DNA of 64,000 nt from Pseudomonadota bacterium (GTDB lineage: Bacteria; Pseudomonadota; Gammaproteobacteria; Burkholderiales; SG8-39), in the NCBI GenBank assembly GCA_018241645.1, contig JAFEDL010000029.1:36389-100388 (forward strand). The letters run 5' to 3'. The position numbers and the translations under genes were made by a program. The notes beneath the pieces are model-generated. The model was not told the DNA's origin and did no database searches. It saw only the letters and a list, made by a program, of their open reading frames with translations. Position 1 is the first letter of the stretch; every line of letters starts with the position of its first letter. This document shows, in pieces, positions 25,885 through 38,293 of this stretch.

Positions 25885-27386
25885 GTCGCGTCCTTCGCGC
25901 CGGTCTCCCCGCCGTCCAACTCGACGCATTGCAGGTGCTCTGGAATATCGGCCTCCCATCCGAATTCGCGCTCGATACGCCGGCGCAGCGCGTCTGAGGC
26001 GGTCGGCTCGCCGTGCGTGACGAACGTTCGCCGAGGGGGCCGTCCGAACGTGCGCAGCCACGAGATGATTTCGCCAGCATCCGCGTGCGCCGAGAGGCTG
26101 TCGATATTGAGCACTTCCGCCCGAACCCGCACATCCTCGCCATGAATGCGGATCTCGCGCTCGCCAGCCACGAGGCGGGCACCGCGGGTGCCGCCGGCCT
26201 GATAGCCGGCAAAGAGAATGGTGTTCTTCGGATCGGGCGCAAAGGCTTTAAGGTGATGGAGCACCCTGCCGCCGGTGGCCATCCCGCTTGCCGAAATGAT
26301 CACCGCCGGATGCCTGATCCTGTTCAGGGCGCGGGACTCCTCGACCGAGCGCACAATCTTCGCCACGGTGCACATTCCTTTGCACTGTTCCGGAGAGAGC
26401 CGGTGCTCCGCGCGGTGACGATGGTAGACCGCGGTCGCGTCCGTCGCCATCGGGCTGTTCAGGAATACGGGGAGATCGGGAATCCTCCCGCTGGATTTGA
26501 GCCGCCACATGAAGTACATGAGCGCCTGGGCACGGCCCACCGCGAACGAGGGGACGACGACGATCCCGCCACGCGCCGCGGTGCGATTGATGACTTCCGC
26601 GAGCGCCGCCTCGGCATCTTCCGATGAATGCACCCTGTCGCCATATGTCGACTCGACCACCAAGTAATCTGCCTCGAGCCCGGTCGTGGGTGCTGACAGT
26701 ATCGCGTCGTTCGGTCGGCCGATGTCGCCGGAAAATAGGACTGTCCCGTCCTTGCAGGAGAGCCTAATGCATGACGCCCCAACCATATGCCCGGCTGGGT
26801 ACAACTGGACCTGCACGCCCGGCGCCAGATCGAAGGACTTGCCGAATTCAATGGCTCGAAAGCGCTTGAGCGCATTCTTCGCGTCGTCCTCGGAATACAG
26901 CGGCAATGCCGGGTGATGCTTCGAAAATCTCTTCCGGTTGGCGTACTGCGCTTCCTCCTCCTGCAGGCGTCCGCTATCCGGGAGCAGGATTTCCGCCAGT
27001 TCACGCGTCCCCTCGCTGCAAAAGACCGGCCCGCGAAATCCGTCGCGCACCAGCGCAGGCAAGTAACCACTATGGTCGAGATGCGCGTGCGTGAGAACCA
27101 CCGCGTCAATTCCTGACGGTGATACCGGAAATGGCGCCCAATTGCGCAAACGCAGCGGCTTGTAGCCTTGAAAGAGGCCGCAATCCACCAGTATCTTGTG
27201 CCCACCGGCTTCGACCAGGTACCGCGATCCGGTCACCGTTCCGCTCGCGCCGAGGAAAGAGATCCGCGTGCGGCCAGACTCGTCCCGCCCCAGGGTCACG
27301 TCATGGCCCTGCAATTCTTGTTGCCCCGTCTGTGGTGATAGATGCATTCGCTTACAGGGCCCTATCCATGACTTTTCATACGGCAT
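25881..27386 (-). CDS. MBL-fold metallo-hydrolase of the beta-CASP (RNA-specificity domain) family
   Basis: VLTHAHLDHSGYLP (HxHxDH) and C-terminal beta-CASP motifs (LSAHAD, VTHGE). The start may instead be ATG 27347. Confidence 0.8.
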   Translation of the reverse strand: MPYEKSWIGPCKRMHLSPQTGQQELQGHDVTLGRDESGRTRISFLGASGTVTGSRYLVEAGGHKILVDCGLFQGYKPLRLRNWAPFPVSPSGIDAVVLTHAHLDHSGYLPALVRDGFRGPVFCSEGTRELAEILLPDSGRLQEEEAQYANRKRFSKHHPALPLYSEDDAKNALKRFRAIEFGKSFDLAPGVQVQLYPAGHMVGASCIRLSCKDGTVLFSGDIGRPNDAILSAPTTGLEADYLVVESTYGDRVHSSEDAEAALAEVINRTAARGGIVVVPSFAVGRAQALMYFMWRLKSSGRIPDLPVFLNSPMATDATAVYHRHRAEHRLSPEQCKGMCTVAKIVRSVEESRALNRIRHPAVIISASGMATGGRVLHHLKAFAPDPKNTILFAGYQAGGTRGARLVAGEREIRIHGEDVRVRAEVLNIDSLSAHADAGEIISWLRTFGRPPRRTFVTHGEPTASDALRRRIEREFGWEADIPEHLQCVELDGGETGAKDAT

Positions 27387-27413
27387 GCCAAAAATTCGTG
27401 CTGCAAATATCCA

Positions 27414-29240
27414 TTAAGTAGGCCTTTCATCGTCCGCTCCTGGATCGTCCCTAAAATAGGGTGGCTGCCCATACAACAACCTGAACATGTTTTCGTTCCA
27501 CTGATCTGCGGCGCTCCTCCACAGGTCGAGCGTCCTCGCAATCTGGCTGCCGGCGGACTTTTCGAATTGCAGGAACGGATTCGCGGCATCCACCGGCTGA
27601 CGTTCGGCGCGCGCCTGAGCCACGAGCGGCGCAAGCGCAGCCATCCAGGGCGCCACGCGCTCGGAGAACGTATAGCGGGAGATTCGCATCGGGTGCAGCC
27701 ACTTCAGCCATGCCGCAGCCAGGGGGTTCACGGAAGCCCGCACCCAGGGGCTGACGAAACTCGCGTACGCCCATTCATTCCACTCGGAGACCGCCTTCAC
27801 CCGCTCGAATGAGTCGCGTGGATACTCGTAGCGGATGTCCTCGACGCGGCGCGCTTCGAACTGCACCTCATAGTGCGGCTTGCGGCAGTCCGGATTCCCG
27901 GTCGGATTGGAGATCTTCATCTGGTACAGACCCGGCGCGAGCGCCTCGATGTCCTCCAGGCTCTCCAGGATCGCGCGGTGCTCGAACCGCGCCACCTCCG
28001 CGGAGACGAAGATGCCGAGATGCCCGACATGGGGATTGAGGAGATACACGATGCGCTGTCCCGCGAGTTTGAGCTCCTCCGTGGACGGGTAGATTGCGGG
28101 CACCCAGTTCAGCGCCTGGTGGGGCGGCGTGATGTTGTCGCCCGAGGACGCGAATACCACGATTGGGTTGCGGATGCGCTTCAGGTCGGCGACGCAATGC
28201 TCGCAGATGCGCATCACGCCCTGCTCGAGCCTGTTCCCGACAAACAGGTTCTCGACAATGGCCACGATCTCCTCGCGGCCGAGGAAATAGTAGCCACTCC
28301 ACCAGCGCTCGAACTTGAGAAACCGCTCACGCTCGCCCTCTGGATCCGCCAGCACGGCATAGTTCTTTTCCCACAGGGCATGCGCCGGATTCAGGCCCTC
28401 GAAGTTCTGCGCCAGCCAGGCGCCATCGAACACGCCGCCGGACAGGTCGGCAGTCAGGTGCGAGAGCCAGGCACCGCCGAGCAGCCCGCCTGCGAGGCGC
28501 ATCGGGTTCACGTCCGACTCTCCGGCCCAGTACGACAGTGGCGATCCGTTCATCACAACCGGTCCGGCCAGACCCACGCAGTCGGCGGCCAGCAACGCGA
28601 CCACCCACCCTCCCTGGCAATTCCCGTACAGCACCGGCGCCTGGCCTGAATGGCGCTTGGCAACCTCGGCGACGAACCGGCGCAGAGCGTGATGCACGTC
28701 GGCCAGCGTCTGTCCCGGGCAAGGCTGCGGAAAGAAGGTCACGAAATACACCGGGTGGCCTTCGCGCAGCGCAATGCCGACTTCCGAGTCGTGCTTGAAG
28801 CCGCCGATGCCGGGGCCATGCCCGGCGCGCGGATCGACGATCATCACCGGCGGTTTCGATTCGTCTGGACACGTGTCGACGCACGGATCCCCGGCACCGG
28901 TGATCCTTAGCAGCGCGTAGTTCGCCGGAGCGTCAAACGTGCGCGCATCGAGGACCATCTCGTAGCGGAAGTCGAGCAACGGCGGCAGACCGGCCTGTTC
29001 GTGGTCGAGCATGTTGTTGGCGCGTTCGCGCAGGATGTCGAGGAAAAGCACGCTGCGCTGCCACAAGTCCTGCTGATAGCTCAGGGCATCGCCGGCCAAC
29101 CGTGCCGGTACAGCGGGCTCAACGCTTTCCTGTTGGCGGAGTGACGGCGATTCCGGTTGCAGGGCCGCTACGCCGGGCCGGGCTCTCGCCACTTTTTTCT
29201 TCAGGGCACGTTGCATGGTTCTCTCCGCATACGCTCGCAT
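27414..29240 (-). CDS. DUF3141-domain protein (alpha/beta-hydrolase-like, often annotated as a PHA-synthase-related protein)
   Basis: 608 aa. The family call is by recollection of the DUF3141 N-terminal pattern (YQQDLWQRSVLFLDILRERANNM...) and a GNCQGGW nucleophile-elbow-like motif. Confidence 0.65.
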   Translation of the reverse strand: MRAYAERTMQRALKKKVARARPGVAALQPESPSLRQQESVEPAVPARLAGDALSYQQDLWQRSVLFLDILRERANNMLDHEQAGLPPLLDFRYEMVLDARTFDAPANYALLRITGAGDPCVDTCPDESKPPVMIVDPRAGHGPGIGGFKHDSEVGIALREGHPVYFVTFFPQPCPGQTLADVHHALRRFVAEVAKRHSGQAPVLYGNCQGGWVVALLAADCVGLAGPVVMNGSPLSYWAGESDVNPMRLAGGLLGGAWLSHLTADLSGGVFDGAWLAQNFEGLNPAHALWEKNYAVLADPEGERERFLKFERWWSGYYFLGREEIVAIVENLFVGNRLEQGVMRICEHCVADLKRIRNPIVVFASSGDNITPPHQALNWVPAIYPSTEELKLAGQRIVYLLNPHVGHLGIFVSAEVARFEHRAILESLEDIEALAPGLYQMKISNPTGNPDCRKPHYEVQFEARRVEDIRYEYPRDSFERVKAVSEWNEWAYASFVSPWVRASVNPLAAAWLKWLHPMRISRYTFSERVAPWMAALAPLVAQARAERQPVDAANPFLQFEKSAGSQIARTLDLWRSAADQWNENMFRLLYGQPPYFRDDPGADDERPT

Positions 29241-29324
29241 TGCTCACCGCAACCGCTGTCTCGCCGCCAGTCGGACGGCACTAGAACCGCTTGCATGATT
29301 TTCCTCTTCGATTCTCAATCATGA

Positions 29325-30287
29325 TCACTGGTCGTCCTTTTCGCGTCGCGGATTCACCCGCCGCGATTCCTCTGACGCGATGCGCCGCCATGAGATGCCG
29401 CCGTCGTTGGTCACGTAGACATCGCGACGGCGCGTCGCGAACGCGAGCACGCGCTCGTCCTTCGGGTTCTGCGCGAGGCACGTCACGTAATCTAGCCTGA
29501 GCCGCGGCAAACGCAGCGCCTTGCGGCCCCGGCCGTCCAGCGTCGACTCGACCACCTGATTCGACACGGTCCGCGCATAGCGCACGCGCTGGCCGCCAAA
29601 GTCGAACGCGACGGCGGTGGCCGGCTCTTTGCCATCGACCAGTACGAAGCTTCCGCCGGAATCCCGCGAAAGGTAGAGCCCCCGCCCGGTCGCAACCGCC
29701 ACCGTACCCGTCTCCCGAGGGTGCGCGGCAAGGCCGTGGATCTCACCCTCCAGGTTGCGAGCCGTGGCGCGCAGCCAGGACAAACCCTCGTCGCGCGTCA
29801 GGTAGATCCCCGGCGTCGGCATCGCCGGATTCGGCCGCGCGTTCACCACGTAAATCGCCTTGGAGCGATAGCCCGCCGCCAGCAGCGGAAAATCAGCCCC
29901 GCCGGCGAGTCCCGGCGCAATCGGTTGCCAGGACCTGCCGCCATCGGTGCTGCGAACGAGGCCTATCGGTTCGTGCGCCGATGGAACGCCCGCCCGCGAA
30001 TGGCCGCTTGCGTAGATAGCGTGCTCGGCAACCGAAAAGCCCGAGAAGCCCTGTATCGGGCCGGCTGCCTCCCGCCATGCGCCGCCCTCGTACACCGCGA
30101 GCCCTCCGTGGCTGGGCGCGAGCAGCGCCTTGCCGTCGGACGAAAACGAAAGTCCATGCCCATGGTCGTGGAACAGCGCTGGCTGCGCGCGCACCGCGAG
30201 TGCGGCCGTGACGAGCAGCACCGCGACCACCAGGCGGGCGATACCGGTTGCGGGTTGAAGCCAGCGCGCATGGCATTCTGGTTTCAT
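29325..30287 (-). CDS. Secreted BNR/Asp-box repeat (beta-propeller, Ycf48-like) protein
   Basis: Asp-box repeats STDGGRSW, TRDEGLSW, SRDSGGSF and TNDGGISW. The ATG overlaps the upstream stop (ATGA). Confidence 0.65.
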   Translation of the reverse strand: MKPECHARWLQPATGIARLVVAVLLVTAALAVRAQPALFHDHGHGLSFSSDGKALLAPSHGGLAVYEGGAWREAAGPIQGFSGFSVAEHAIYASGHSRAGVPSAHEPIGLVRSTDGGRSWQPIAPGLAGGADFPLLAAGYRSKAIYVVNARPNPAMPTPGIYLTRDEGLSWLRATARNLEGEIHGLAAHPRETGTVAVATGRGLYLSRDSGGSFVLVDGKEPATAVAFDFGGQRVRYARTVSNQVVESTLDGRGRKALRLPRLRLDYVTCLAQNPKDERVLAFATRRRDVYVTNDGGISWRRIASEESRRVNPRREKDDQ

Positions 30288-30676
30288 TCTTTCGCTCCGG
30301 CAGCCATCTTGCGATGCTCCCTCGCCAGGGAAAGATCCTCCGCCGCCGCTTGCTGGAAGATGCGCGCAAGATTTTCGCAATGGGCGATTTGATTCTGATT
30401 GCCCTTTCTCGCACTGATCACGCCACCGGCCTTTGGGCCTGCCCAGACCCAGCCTCGCTCGTAGGCCCGCGCAAGATTGCGGTGCCGTTCCCCGGCTTCC
30501 ATGTCGGCTTGCGCCTGCTGCTCAAGGATCGCGGCGATTTCGCCGTGATCCGCACGGGTGCGCGCCGCTTCGATCTTCTGCTCGAGCTCGGCCGGCTTGA
30601 CCGGGCCTTCAGCCGCGCAACCGCCCAAAATCAACAGCGCGGGCCCCAGAACCAACCACCTTCGATCGATATTCAT
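30284..30676 (-). CDS. Lipoprotein, paralog 1 of a three-member family flanking the N-ATPase operon
   Basis: Lipobox LILGGC. GGAG RBS before ATG 30676. Shares the LEQKI..ADH..IA....A.RHR and C..L.R....QAA.E...LA..HR..AAG.K pattern with 37007..37252 and 37312..37800. Confidence 0.6.
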   Translation of the reverse strand: MNIDRRWLVLGPALLILGGCAAEGPVKPAELEQKIEAARTRADHGEIAAILEQQAQADMEAGERHRNLARAYERGWVWAGPKAGGVISARKGNQNQIAHCENLARIFQQAAAEDLSLAREHRKMAAGAKE

Positions 30677-30704
30677 AATCTTCTCCGCCTGACCCATGAA
30701 TCGC

Positions 30705-31574
30705 TTAATGAACCGCCCCGCGAACGGTCTGCAATGCCTCGTTACTCAGCAGGATCACCTCGATTTCCTCGGTAATCTCCTCCTGCCGCAGCAGGTTGTA
30801 TTTCTGTTGCAGTCGGGCCGTCTTGTCCTGGATACGCTGCGTCGCTCCTTCGAGGTGCTGCAGACGACGGCGGTTTTCCGCCATCAGCGAACCGTAGAAC
30901 ACGTCGTGCATCTGCGCCCAGAGGTAGTGGTTGGCCAGTTGCGGAAAGAACGTCCCCGCCTCCAGGTTCAGCAACGGCGGACTAGAGAAACGCGGGGTCG
31001 CAGACCCGGTGCGAGGCACCGGCAATATGGGGCGGGAGGCAACCCCGGCTTCGCCGTCGCGATGAGCAAAGACGGTTACCGCAATCGGCCCGTCCCGCCC
31101 CGCCTCCGCCTGAAGTTCGGCGAGGGAATTCATCAGGCGGTGCAGAACCGGCTGCACTTCCTCGGCCACGCTGGGCCCATCCAGCGTGGCGACGATGCCG
31201 GGCTCCCGGGAAAGGTTCGAGGCCAGCCTGCGGCCTACTGCCACTACGCGGGGCGGCGGCGCGGCCGAGTGGCGTCTGTGCTCAAACACGGCATCCGCGA
31301 GCGATTTATTGAAATCACCGCAGAACCCCCTTTGCGAACCGATGGCGACAATGAGGTCGGAGTCCCCGGGGCGCGAGCGGTATCCGTATTCCGGATGATG
31401 GCCGAGGAAATCCTCCGCGGCCGCCTCGACGCCCGCCAGTACGCGGTGCTGGTGGACAAGGAAGCGGGCGATCTTGTGCGTCTCCATGAGCGAAATGTTC
31501 TTCATGGCGCCCATGATGCCGCCTATATCGTCGAGCACCCCGAGGTGCCGCCGAATCTGCGCGCGCGTGCTCAC
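30705..31574 (-). CDS. atpG: N-type F1Fo ATPase gamma subunit
   Basis: GTG start overlapping the atpA stop (GTGA). Begins [31 protein letters not shown] and ends [11 protein letters not shown], as gamma subunits do. Confidence 0.8.
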   Translation of the reverse strand: MSTRAQIRRHLGVLDDIGGIMGAMKNISLMETHKIARFLVHQHRVLAGVEAAAEDFLGHHPEYGYRSRPGDSDLIVAIGSQRGFCGDFNKSLADAVFEHRRHSAAPPPRVVAVGRRLASNLSREPGIVATLDGPSVAEEVQPVLHRLMNSLAELQAEAGRDGPIAVTVFAHRDGEAGVASRPILPVPRTGSATPRFSSPPLLNLEAGTFFPQLANHYLWAQMHDVFYGSLMAENRRRLQHLEGATQRIQDKTARLQQKYNLLRQEEITEEIEVILLSNEALQTVRGAVH

Positions 31575-33037
31575 CCCGCACCCCCTTCCTTGAGCCACCC
31601 CGCGAGCGCCTCCAGCCACCGCTCGCGATCGGTGTCCAGGGTCAGAGCGCCCCGGGCGACGTGAGTCCCGATGCGCCGCACGCGCTCGGACAGCGCGCCT
31701 GGCGCGACGCCGTCGAACATGCCTTCGTTGTGGGCCATCATCCATGCGAGCTGGAATTCGATCGGCTCCGGCGCCAGGCGATCCTGCCTGAATATTTCGC
31801 GCAAAACGCGGCCGCGCCGGATCTTGGCCTCCATCGAGGCTTCCAGCTGCGAGCCGAAGCGGGTGAACACCTCGAGTTCCAGGAACTGGAGGTAATCGAG
31901 CTTCATGCTGCCGGCTTCCCGCTTGATGCGCGCGTGCTGCGCCTTTCCGCCGATCCTCGATACCGACTTGGTCACATCGATGGCCGGCAGGAAGCCGCCG
32001 GCGAACAGGCCCTGGTCCAGGTAGACCTGCCCGTCGGTAATCGAGATCAGGTTGGTCGGGATGTAGGCCGACATCTCGCCTTGCTCGGTCTCGACGATGG
32101 GCAGCGCAGTCATGCTGCCGCCGCCATGCATCGGACCCAGGTGGGTGGAGCGCTCGAGCAGGCGCGAATGAAGGTAGAAGATGTCCCCGGGATAGGCTTC
32201 GCGCCCCGGCGGGCGGCGCAGCAGAAGCGAGAGTTCGCGGTAGGCGCGGGCGTGGGTCGTCAGGTCGTCGTATACAATCAGCGCGTCCTTCCCCTGCCAC
32301 ATCCAGTGCTCGGCCGCCGCGCATCCGGCAAACGGCGCCAGATACTTGAGGCCCGGCATCGCCGTGGCTTCCGCGACAACCACCGTCGTATGGGCAAGCG
32401 CGCCGGATTCGCGCAGCACTTCAATGGCGTTGATCACGCTCGAGCGCTTCTGCCCGATCATCACGTAGATGCAATAGGCGTCCTTGCCGCGCTGGTTGAC
32501 CACCGCGTCGAGCGCAAGGGCGCTCTTGCCGACGCCGTTGTCGCCGATGATGAGTTGGCGCTGCCCCTTTCCGATCGGGACCAGGGTGTCGATGATCCGG
32601 TTCCCGGTATAGAGCGGGGTGTTGACGAAATCCCGCGCCACAATCGGCGGAGACAGCACGTCGAGATCGCGCCGCGCGCTGCACTCGGGCATCGCACCCC
32701 CGTCCAGCGGCACGCCGAGCGGATCGATGACGCGGCCGAGCAGGCCCTCCCCCACGCCGATCCCGAGACGCTCTCCCGAGCGGTAGGCCGGGGTTCCGGC
32801 ACTCAGCGCCGGGGTCTGGCGCAGGAGTATCGCCCCCAGGGATTTCTGTTCGAGATGAAATACCAGCGCCCTGCTGCCGTCTTCCAGTTCGAGGACCTCA
32901 TCCATGGCTGCCGAGGGAAGTCCGCCGATCCAGGCGATTCCGTCGCCGATCGACAGCACGCGACCCTGCTCGGTCATGCGCAACCCGAAGCGATATGCGC
33001 CGCCTGACCCTGTGAGACCGTCTTTAGAATCCGGCAT
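31571..33037 (-). CDS. atpA: N-type F1Fo ATPase alpha subunit
   Basis: Walker A GDNGVGKS, plus the [20 protein letters not shown] motif. Confidence 0.95.
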   Translation of the reverse strand: MPDSKDGLTGSGGAYRFGLRMTEQGRVLSIGDGIAWIGGLPSAAMDEVLELEDGSRALVFHLEQKSLGAILLRQTPALSAGTPAYRSGERLGIGVGEGLLGRVIDPLGVPLDGGAMPECSARRDLDVLSPPIVARDFVNTPLYTGNRIIDTLVPIGKGQRQLIIGDNGVGKSALALDAVVNQRGKDAYCIYVMIGQKRSSVINAIEVLRESGALAHTTVVVAEATAMPGLKYLAPFAGCAAAEHWMWQGKDALIVYDDLTTHARAYRELSLLLRRPPGREAYPGDIFYLHSRLLERSTHLGPMHGGGSMTALPIVETEQGEMSAYIPTNLISITDGQVYLDQGLFAGGFLPAIDVTKSVSRIGGKAQHARIKREAGSMKLDYLQFLELEVFTRFGSQLEASMEAKIRRGRVLREIFRQDRLAPEPIEFQLAWMMAHNEGMFDGVAPGALSERVRRIGTHVARGALTLDTDRERWLEALAGWLKEGGAG

Positions 33038-33773
33038 GGCGGTTCTCGGCGAAGAATTTCAATTCGTCCTGCAGGTTGCAGCGCAGTACCCAGGACCCGA
33101 TGCTGATGCGCAATCCGGCGACAAGGTCGGGGTCCGGGCCGAACTCGCACGCGACGGGTGTGCCTGCCACCCGACCCAGCGCCTCCGAGAGCGACGCCCG
33201 CTGCGGTTCCGCAATCGGGTAGCGGCTGGTAACCCTGATCCTCGCGTGCTCGTCCTTGAAGGCCGCCCGCAAGGATTGCAGGTCGGCGTCGCCGAGTTGC
33301 GGCAGGTCTTCGATCAGCAGGACCCGAATCTTCTCCTCCAGGTCCGGGGAGGCCAGCCGCGACAACAGGTTCGCAGCAAATCGCGCGCCCTCGGCCAAGG
33401 CGCCTTCCTCCATCTTGTGCCGCAGTTCCAGTATCCGGCGCTCCTCCAGCGCGCGCGCCCGCTCGCGCTCCTGCTCGAGCGAGGCGCGCAACGCATCCAT
33501 CAATCGAGCGCGTTCCGCCTCGACCTCCGACCCGAGCTTCACTTGCGCACGAGCCTTTTCCTCCTCCCACTCGGCCATGCGGCTTTCGTAATGCTGCTTG
33601 AGGGACAGCGCCGCCGCTTCCAGCGAGCGCGCATCCGCGAGCGTCTTCTCGATCGCCGCCTTGCGTTCCGCGATCGCGTTCGTCACCGGCTTGTAGAGAA
33701 GCCTTTGCAGCAGCCATACCAGCACCAGGAAGTTGACGACCTCCAGAGCGAAAGTGGTCCAGTCGAATTCCAT
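33024..33773 (-). CDS. atpF: N-type F1Fo ATPase b subunit (long form; no separate delta gene)
   Basis: One N-terminal TM segment, a long charged coiled coil, then a C-terminal extension. 249 aa. Confidence 0.8.
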   Translation of the reverse strand: MEFDWTTFALEVVNFLVLVWLLQRLLYKPVTNAIAERKAAIEKTLADARSLEAAALSLKQHYESRMAEWEEEKARAQVKLGSEVEAERARLMDALRASLEQERERARALEERRILELRHKMEEGALAEGARFAANLLSRLASPDLEEKIRVLLIEDLPQLGDADLQSLRAAFKDEHARIRVTSRYPIAEPQRASLSEALGRVAGTPVACEFGPDPDLVAGLRISIGSWVLRCNLQDELKFFAENRHAGF

Positions 33774-33823
33774 GGCCTTTCCTTATCGCAGGGCCGGCAG
33801 GACGCCCGTTTCGGCTTGCGACC

Positions 33824-34093
33824 TCACGGCTTGATCAGGTATTCGAGCAACGGATTCCTGAACAGGATGATCAACACCACGACCAACACATAGATCGCAA
33901 GCGATTCGATCATCGCCAGGCCGATGAACAGCGTGCGCGAGATCGCCTTCTCCGCCTCGGGTTGTCGCGCCAGCGCATCGAGCGCCTGGCTGATCGCGCG
34001 CCCCATGGCTTGCGCCGGAAAGAACACGCCCAGAGCCACCGCAAGCGCGGCCGCGACGGTGGAAGCGGTTACAAAAAACGTCATATCGTTCAC
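33824..34093 (-). CDS. atpE: N-type F1Fo ATPase c subunit
   Basis: Hairpin with an ARQPE loop. Helix 2 reads GLAMIESLAIYVLVV (E-S-x3-Y). Confidence 0.9.
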   Translation of the reverse strand: MNDMTFFVTASTVAAALAVALGVFFPAQAMGRAISQALDALARQPEAEKAISRTLFIGLAMIESLAIYVLVVVLIILFRNPLLEYLIKP

Positions 34094-34096
34094 TTT

Positions 34097-34786
34097 TCAC
34101 TCCTTTTCCCGATGTTGCTTGAGGTGTTGCGACTGGATCGCTCCGGCGATGTAGATCAGTGCGAGCATGCCGAAGATGTAGGCCTGCACGACGGCCTCGA
34201 TGATGTGCAGCATCAAAACCGGCACGGGGGCCAGGAATCCCGCCACCAGCAGCACCAGCAGCGCCGCCATCTGCAGGCTGAAGATGTTCCCGAACAGGCG
34301 CACCGCCAGGGCCACGGTGCGCGAGATTTCGCTGATCAGGTGGAATGGCAGCAGGATCGGATTGGGTGCGAGGTAATGGCGCAGGTAGCTCTTCAGCCCG
34401 TTGGCGCGAATTCCGTACCAGTGGACCGAGAGGAACACCAGTATCGCAAGCGCCACAGTGAGCGAAAGATCGCCGGTGGGCGAGCGCACGCCGGGCAGCA
34501 CGCTGGCCAGGTTGGCGGCCAGGATGAATATCCACAGGGTGGCGACGAGCGGCATGACCCGCCGGTGCTCGGCGGGCAGCACCGCGCGAATGGCATCCTC
34601 GATCGCAGTCACAATGCCTTCGACTATCACCTGCCATGGGCCGGGGACGGCCCGCAGGCCCCGAGTCACCCCCCAAGCGGTCAGCGCCAGCCCGAGCATG
34701 ATCGCCCAGGTCACGACCACCGTATTGGTGACCGCGACGGGACCGATATGGAACACCTGCGTGATGAATGACAGGGAGGCAGCCAT
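34097..34786 (-). CDS. atpB: N-type F1Fo ATPase a subunit
   Basis: 229 aa, polytopic, with the conserved stator Arg region LAVRLFGNIFS. Confidence 0.9.
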   Translation of the reverse strand: MAASLSFITQVFHIGPVAVTNTVVVTWAIMLGLALTAWGVTRGLRAVPGPWQVIVEGIVTAIEDAIRAVLPAEHRRVMPLVATLWIFILAANLASVLPGVRSPTGDLSLTVALAILVFLSVHWYGIRANGLKSYLRHYLAPNPILLPFHLISEISRTVALAVRLFGNIFSLQMAALLVLLVAGFLAPVPVLMLHIIEAVVQAYIFGMLALIYIAGAIQSQHLKQHREKE

Positions 34787-34789
34787 GGG

Positions 34790-35073
34790 TCACTCCCGCA
34801 CAAAGAAATAGACGTTGATCGCGCCAACGACGACGCCGAGAAACAGCATGCTCAGCGTCCAGCGCATCGAGTAGCCTTCGAGCAGGCCGTCGATCCAGCG
34901 GCCCAGATAGGCCCCGCCGACCACGGGCAGCACGAACAACAGGCCGAGAACGCCTATGTGCGCGGACTGCGCGAGCAGCGTGGGCCGCTCCCGATCCGCC
35001 CGCCGCATCCGCTCGCTCTGCCTGTCGACCTGGCGCTCGAGTTCTTCCGGTCCGGAAATCGGCGGCGCCCGCT

Positions 35074-35077
<4 letters not shown>
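34790..35077 (-). CDS. atpQ: AtpQ (AtpZ/AtpI-like small membrane subunit of N-ATPase operons)
   Basis: GTG overlapping the atpC stop (GTGA). Two TM segments with the VGGAYLGRWIDGLL motif. Confidence 0.65.
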
Positions 35078-37252
<2,175 letters not shown>

Positions 37253-37311
37253 TTCGTCTTCCTGTCGGCTCGAATCATGTTTCTGCGCAAACTCTTCCGG
37301 CGAGGCCGTGG

Positions 37312-37800
37312 CTATTGCTTCATCCCCGCAGCGATCCGGCGATGCAGTTTTGCAAGTCCCCGGTTTTCCTCCGCGGCCTGCGCGTAGAGACGCACCAGAC
37401 TCTCGCATCGCTCCCAGAATCCTGTGCTGCCCAAGGTGTCCCGCGCGTTCGCCATACGATCGGATTGGGGTCTTGAAGCCCATTGATCATAGTGCTCGCC
37501 CATTCCGCGATGCCGTTCGGCGCTCTCTTCGGCTTCCTTCGCCTCCTTGTCGTACCAGACGGCCAGCGCCTCATGGTCCGCCGGTGAATTCGCCGTCGCG
37601 ATTCGTTGCTCGATCTGCTGCCGTCGCTGCATCGCCTCGGTGGCACACCCGCTCATTGCACCCGCCAGCAGCAGACAGAGAGCAATCCCTACGGATCGCC
37701 TCGCGTTCAACCGCCAGCGGACGGAAGCGACCTTTGCATCGGTCTCGGTTCGATTCGCGTTTCCAATTTCGTCCATTCCCGGCTCCTTTGCGTCGACCAA
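37312..37800 (-). CDS. Lipoprotein, paralog 3
   Basis: Lipobox AMSGC. IEQRIATANSPADHEALAVWYDKEA...AERHRGM ... CESLVRLYAQAAEENRGLAKLHRRIAAGMKQ. Confidence 0.55.
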   Translation of the reverse strand: MVDAKEPGMDEIGNANRTETDAKVASVRWRLNARRSVGIALCLLLAGAMSGCATEAMQRRQQIEQRIATANSPADHEALAVWYDKEAKEAEESAERHRGMGEHYDQWASRPQSDRMANARDTLGSTGFWERCESLVRLYAQAAEENRGLAKLHRRIAAGMKQ

Positions 37801-37812
37801 CTCCTGCGTAGA

Positions 37813-38262
37813 TCAGTGCCGTTCAAAAACAGCGCTGCCGCCATCGCCGAACACGAGCGTCGCATACGGCTGGGGCCGACCCTGCTCCATTCCGGGCGAG
37901 CCAACCACCATGCCCGGCACCGCCAGCCCCTTCGCCTTGGTCCTTTCGCGCAGCAGCCGCTTGATGTCCGTCGCCGGCACGTGGCCTTCGATCGTGTAAC
38001 CGGCCACGATGGCGGTGTGGCAGGAAGACAGTTCGTCTGGAACACCGAACCTGCGCTTGAGCGGCGCCATATCGGCTACGTCGTGCGTCTCGACGCGAAA
38101 GCCGCTTGCCTGAATGTGCTTTACCCATTCGCCGCAACAGCCGCAGGCCGGACTCTTGTATACCGTCACAATCGGCGGCGCCTGCTGCGCGCGCGCCGCG
38201 GGCAGTACGCCGAGCCCCAGCATCGCACTCGCCGCAAGCATGAAAGTCCGTCTCGTAGTCAT
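37813..38262 (-). CDS. copG: DUF411 / CopG-family periplasmic copper-binding protein
   Basis: Tat-like signal MTTRRTFML, a CGCCGEW cysteine motif and VPGMVVGSPGME. GGAGG RBS before ATG 38262. Confidence 0.8.
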   Translation of the reverse strand: MTTRRTFMLAASAMLGLGVLPAARAQQAPPIVTVYKSPACGCCGEWVKHIQASGFRVETHDVADMAPLKRRFGVPDELSSCHTAIVAGYTIEGHVPATDIKRLLRERTKAKGLAVPGMVVGSPGMEQGRPQPYATLVFGDGGSAVFERH

Positions 38263-38293
38263 GAATTCCTCCGGATGACGCTTCATCAAATAC

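Noticed and set aside
34786-34790. Search for the atpR gene expected between atpQ and atpB in N-ATPase operons.
   Set aside because: Only 3 nt separate the two genes, and no alternative-frame ORF with two TM helices overlaps the region. It is reported as absent rather than called.
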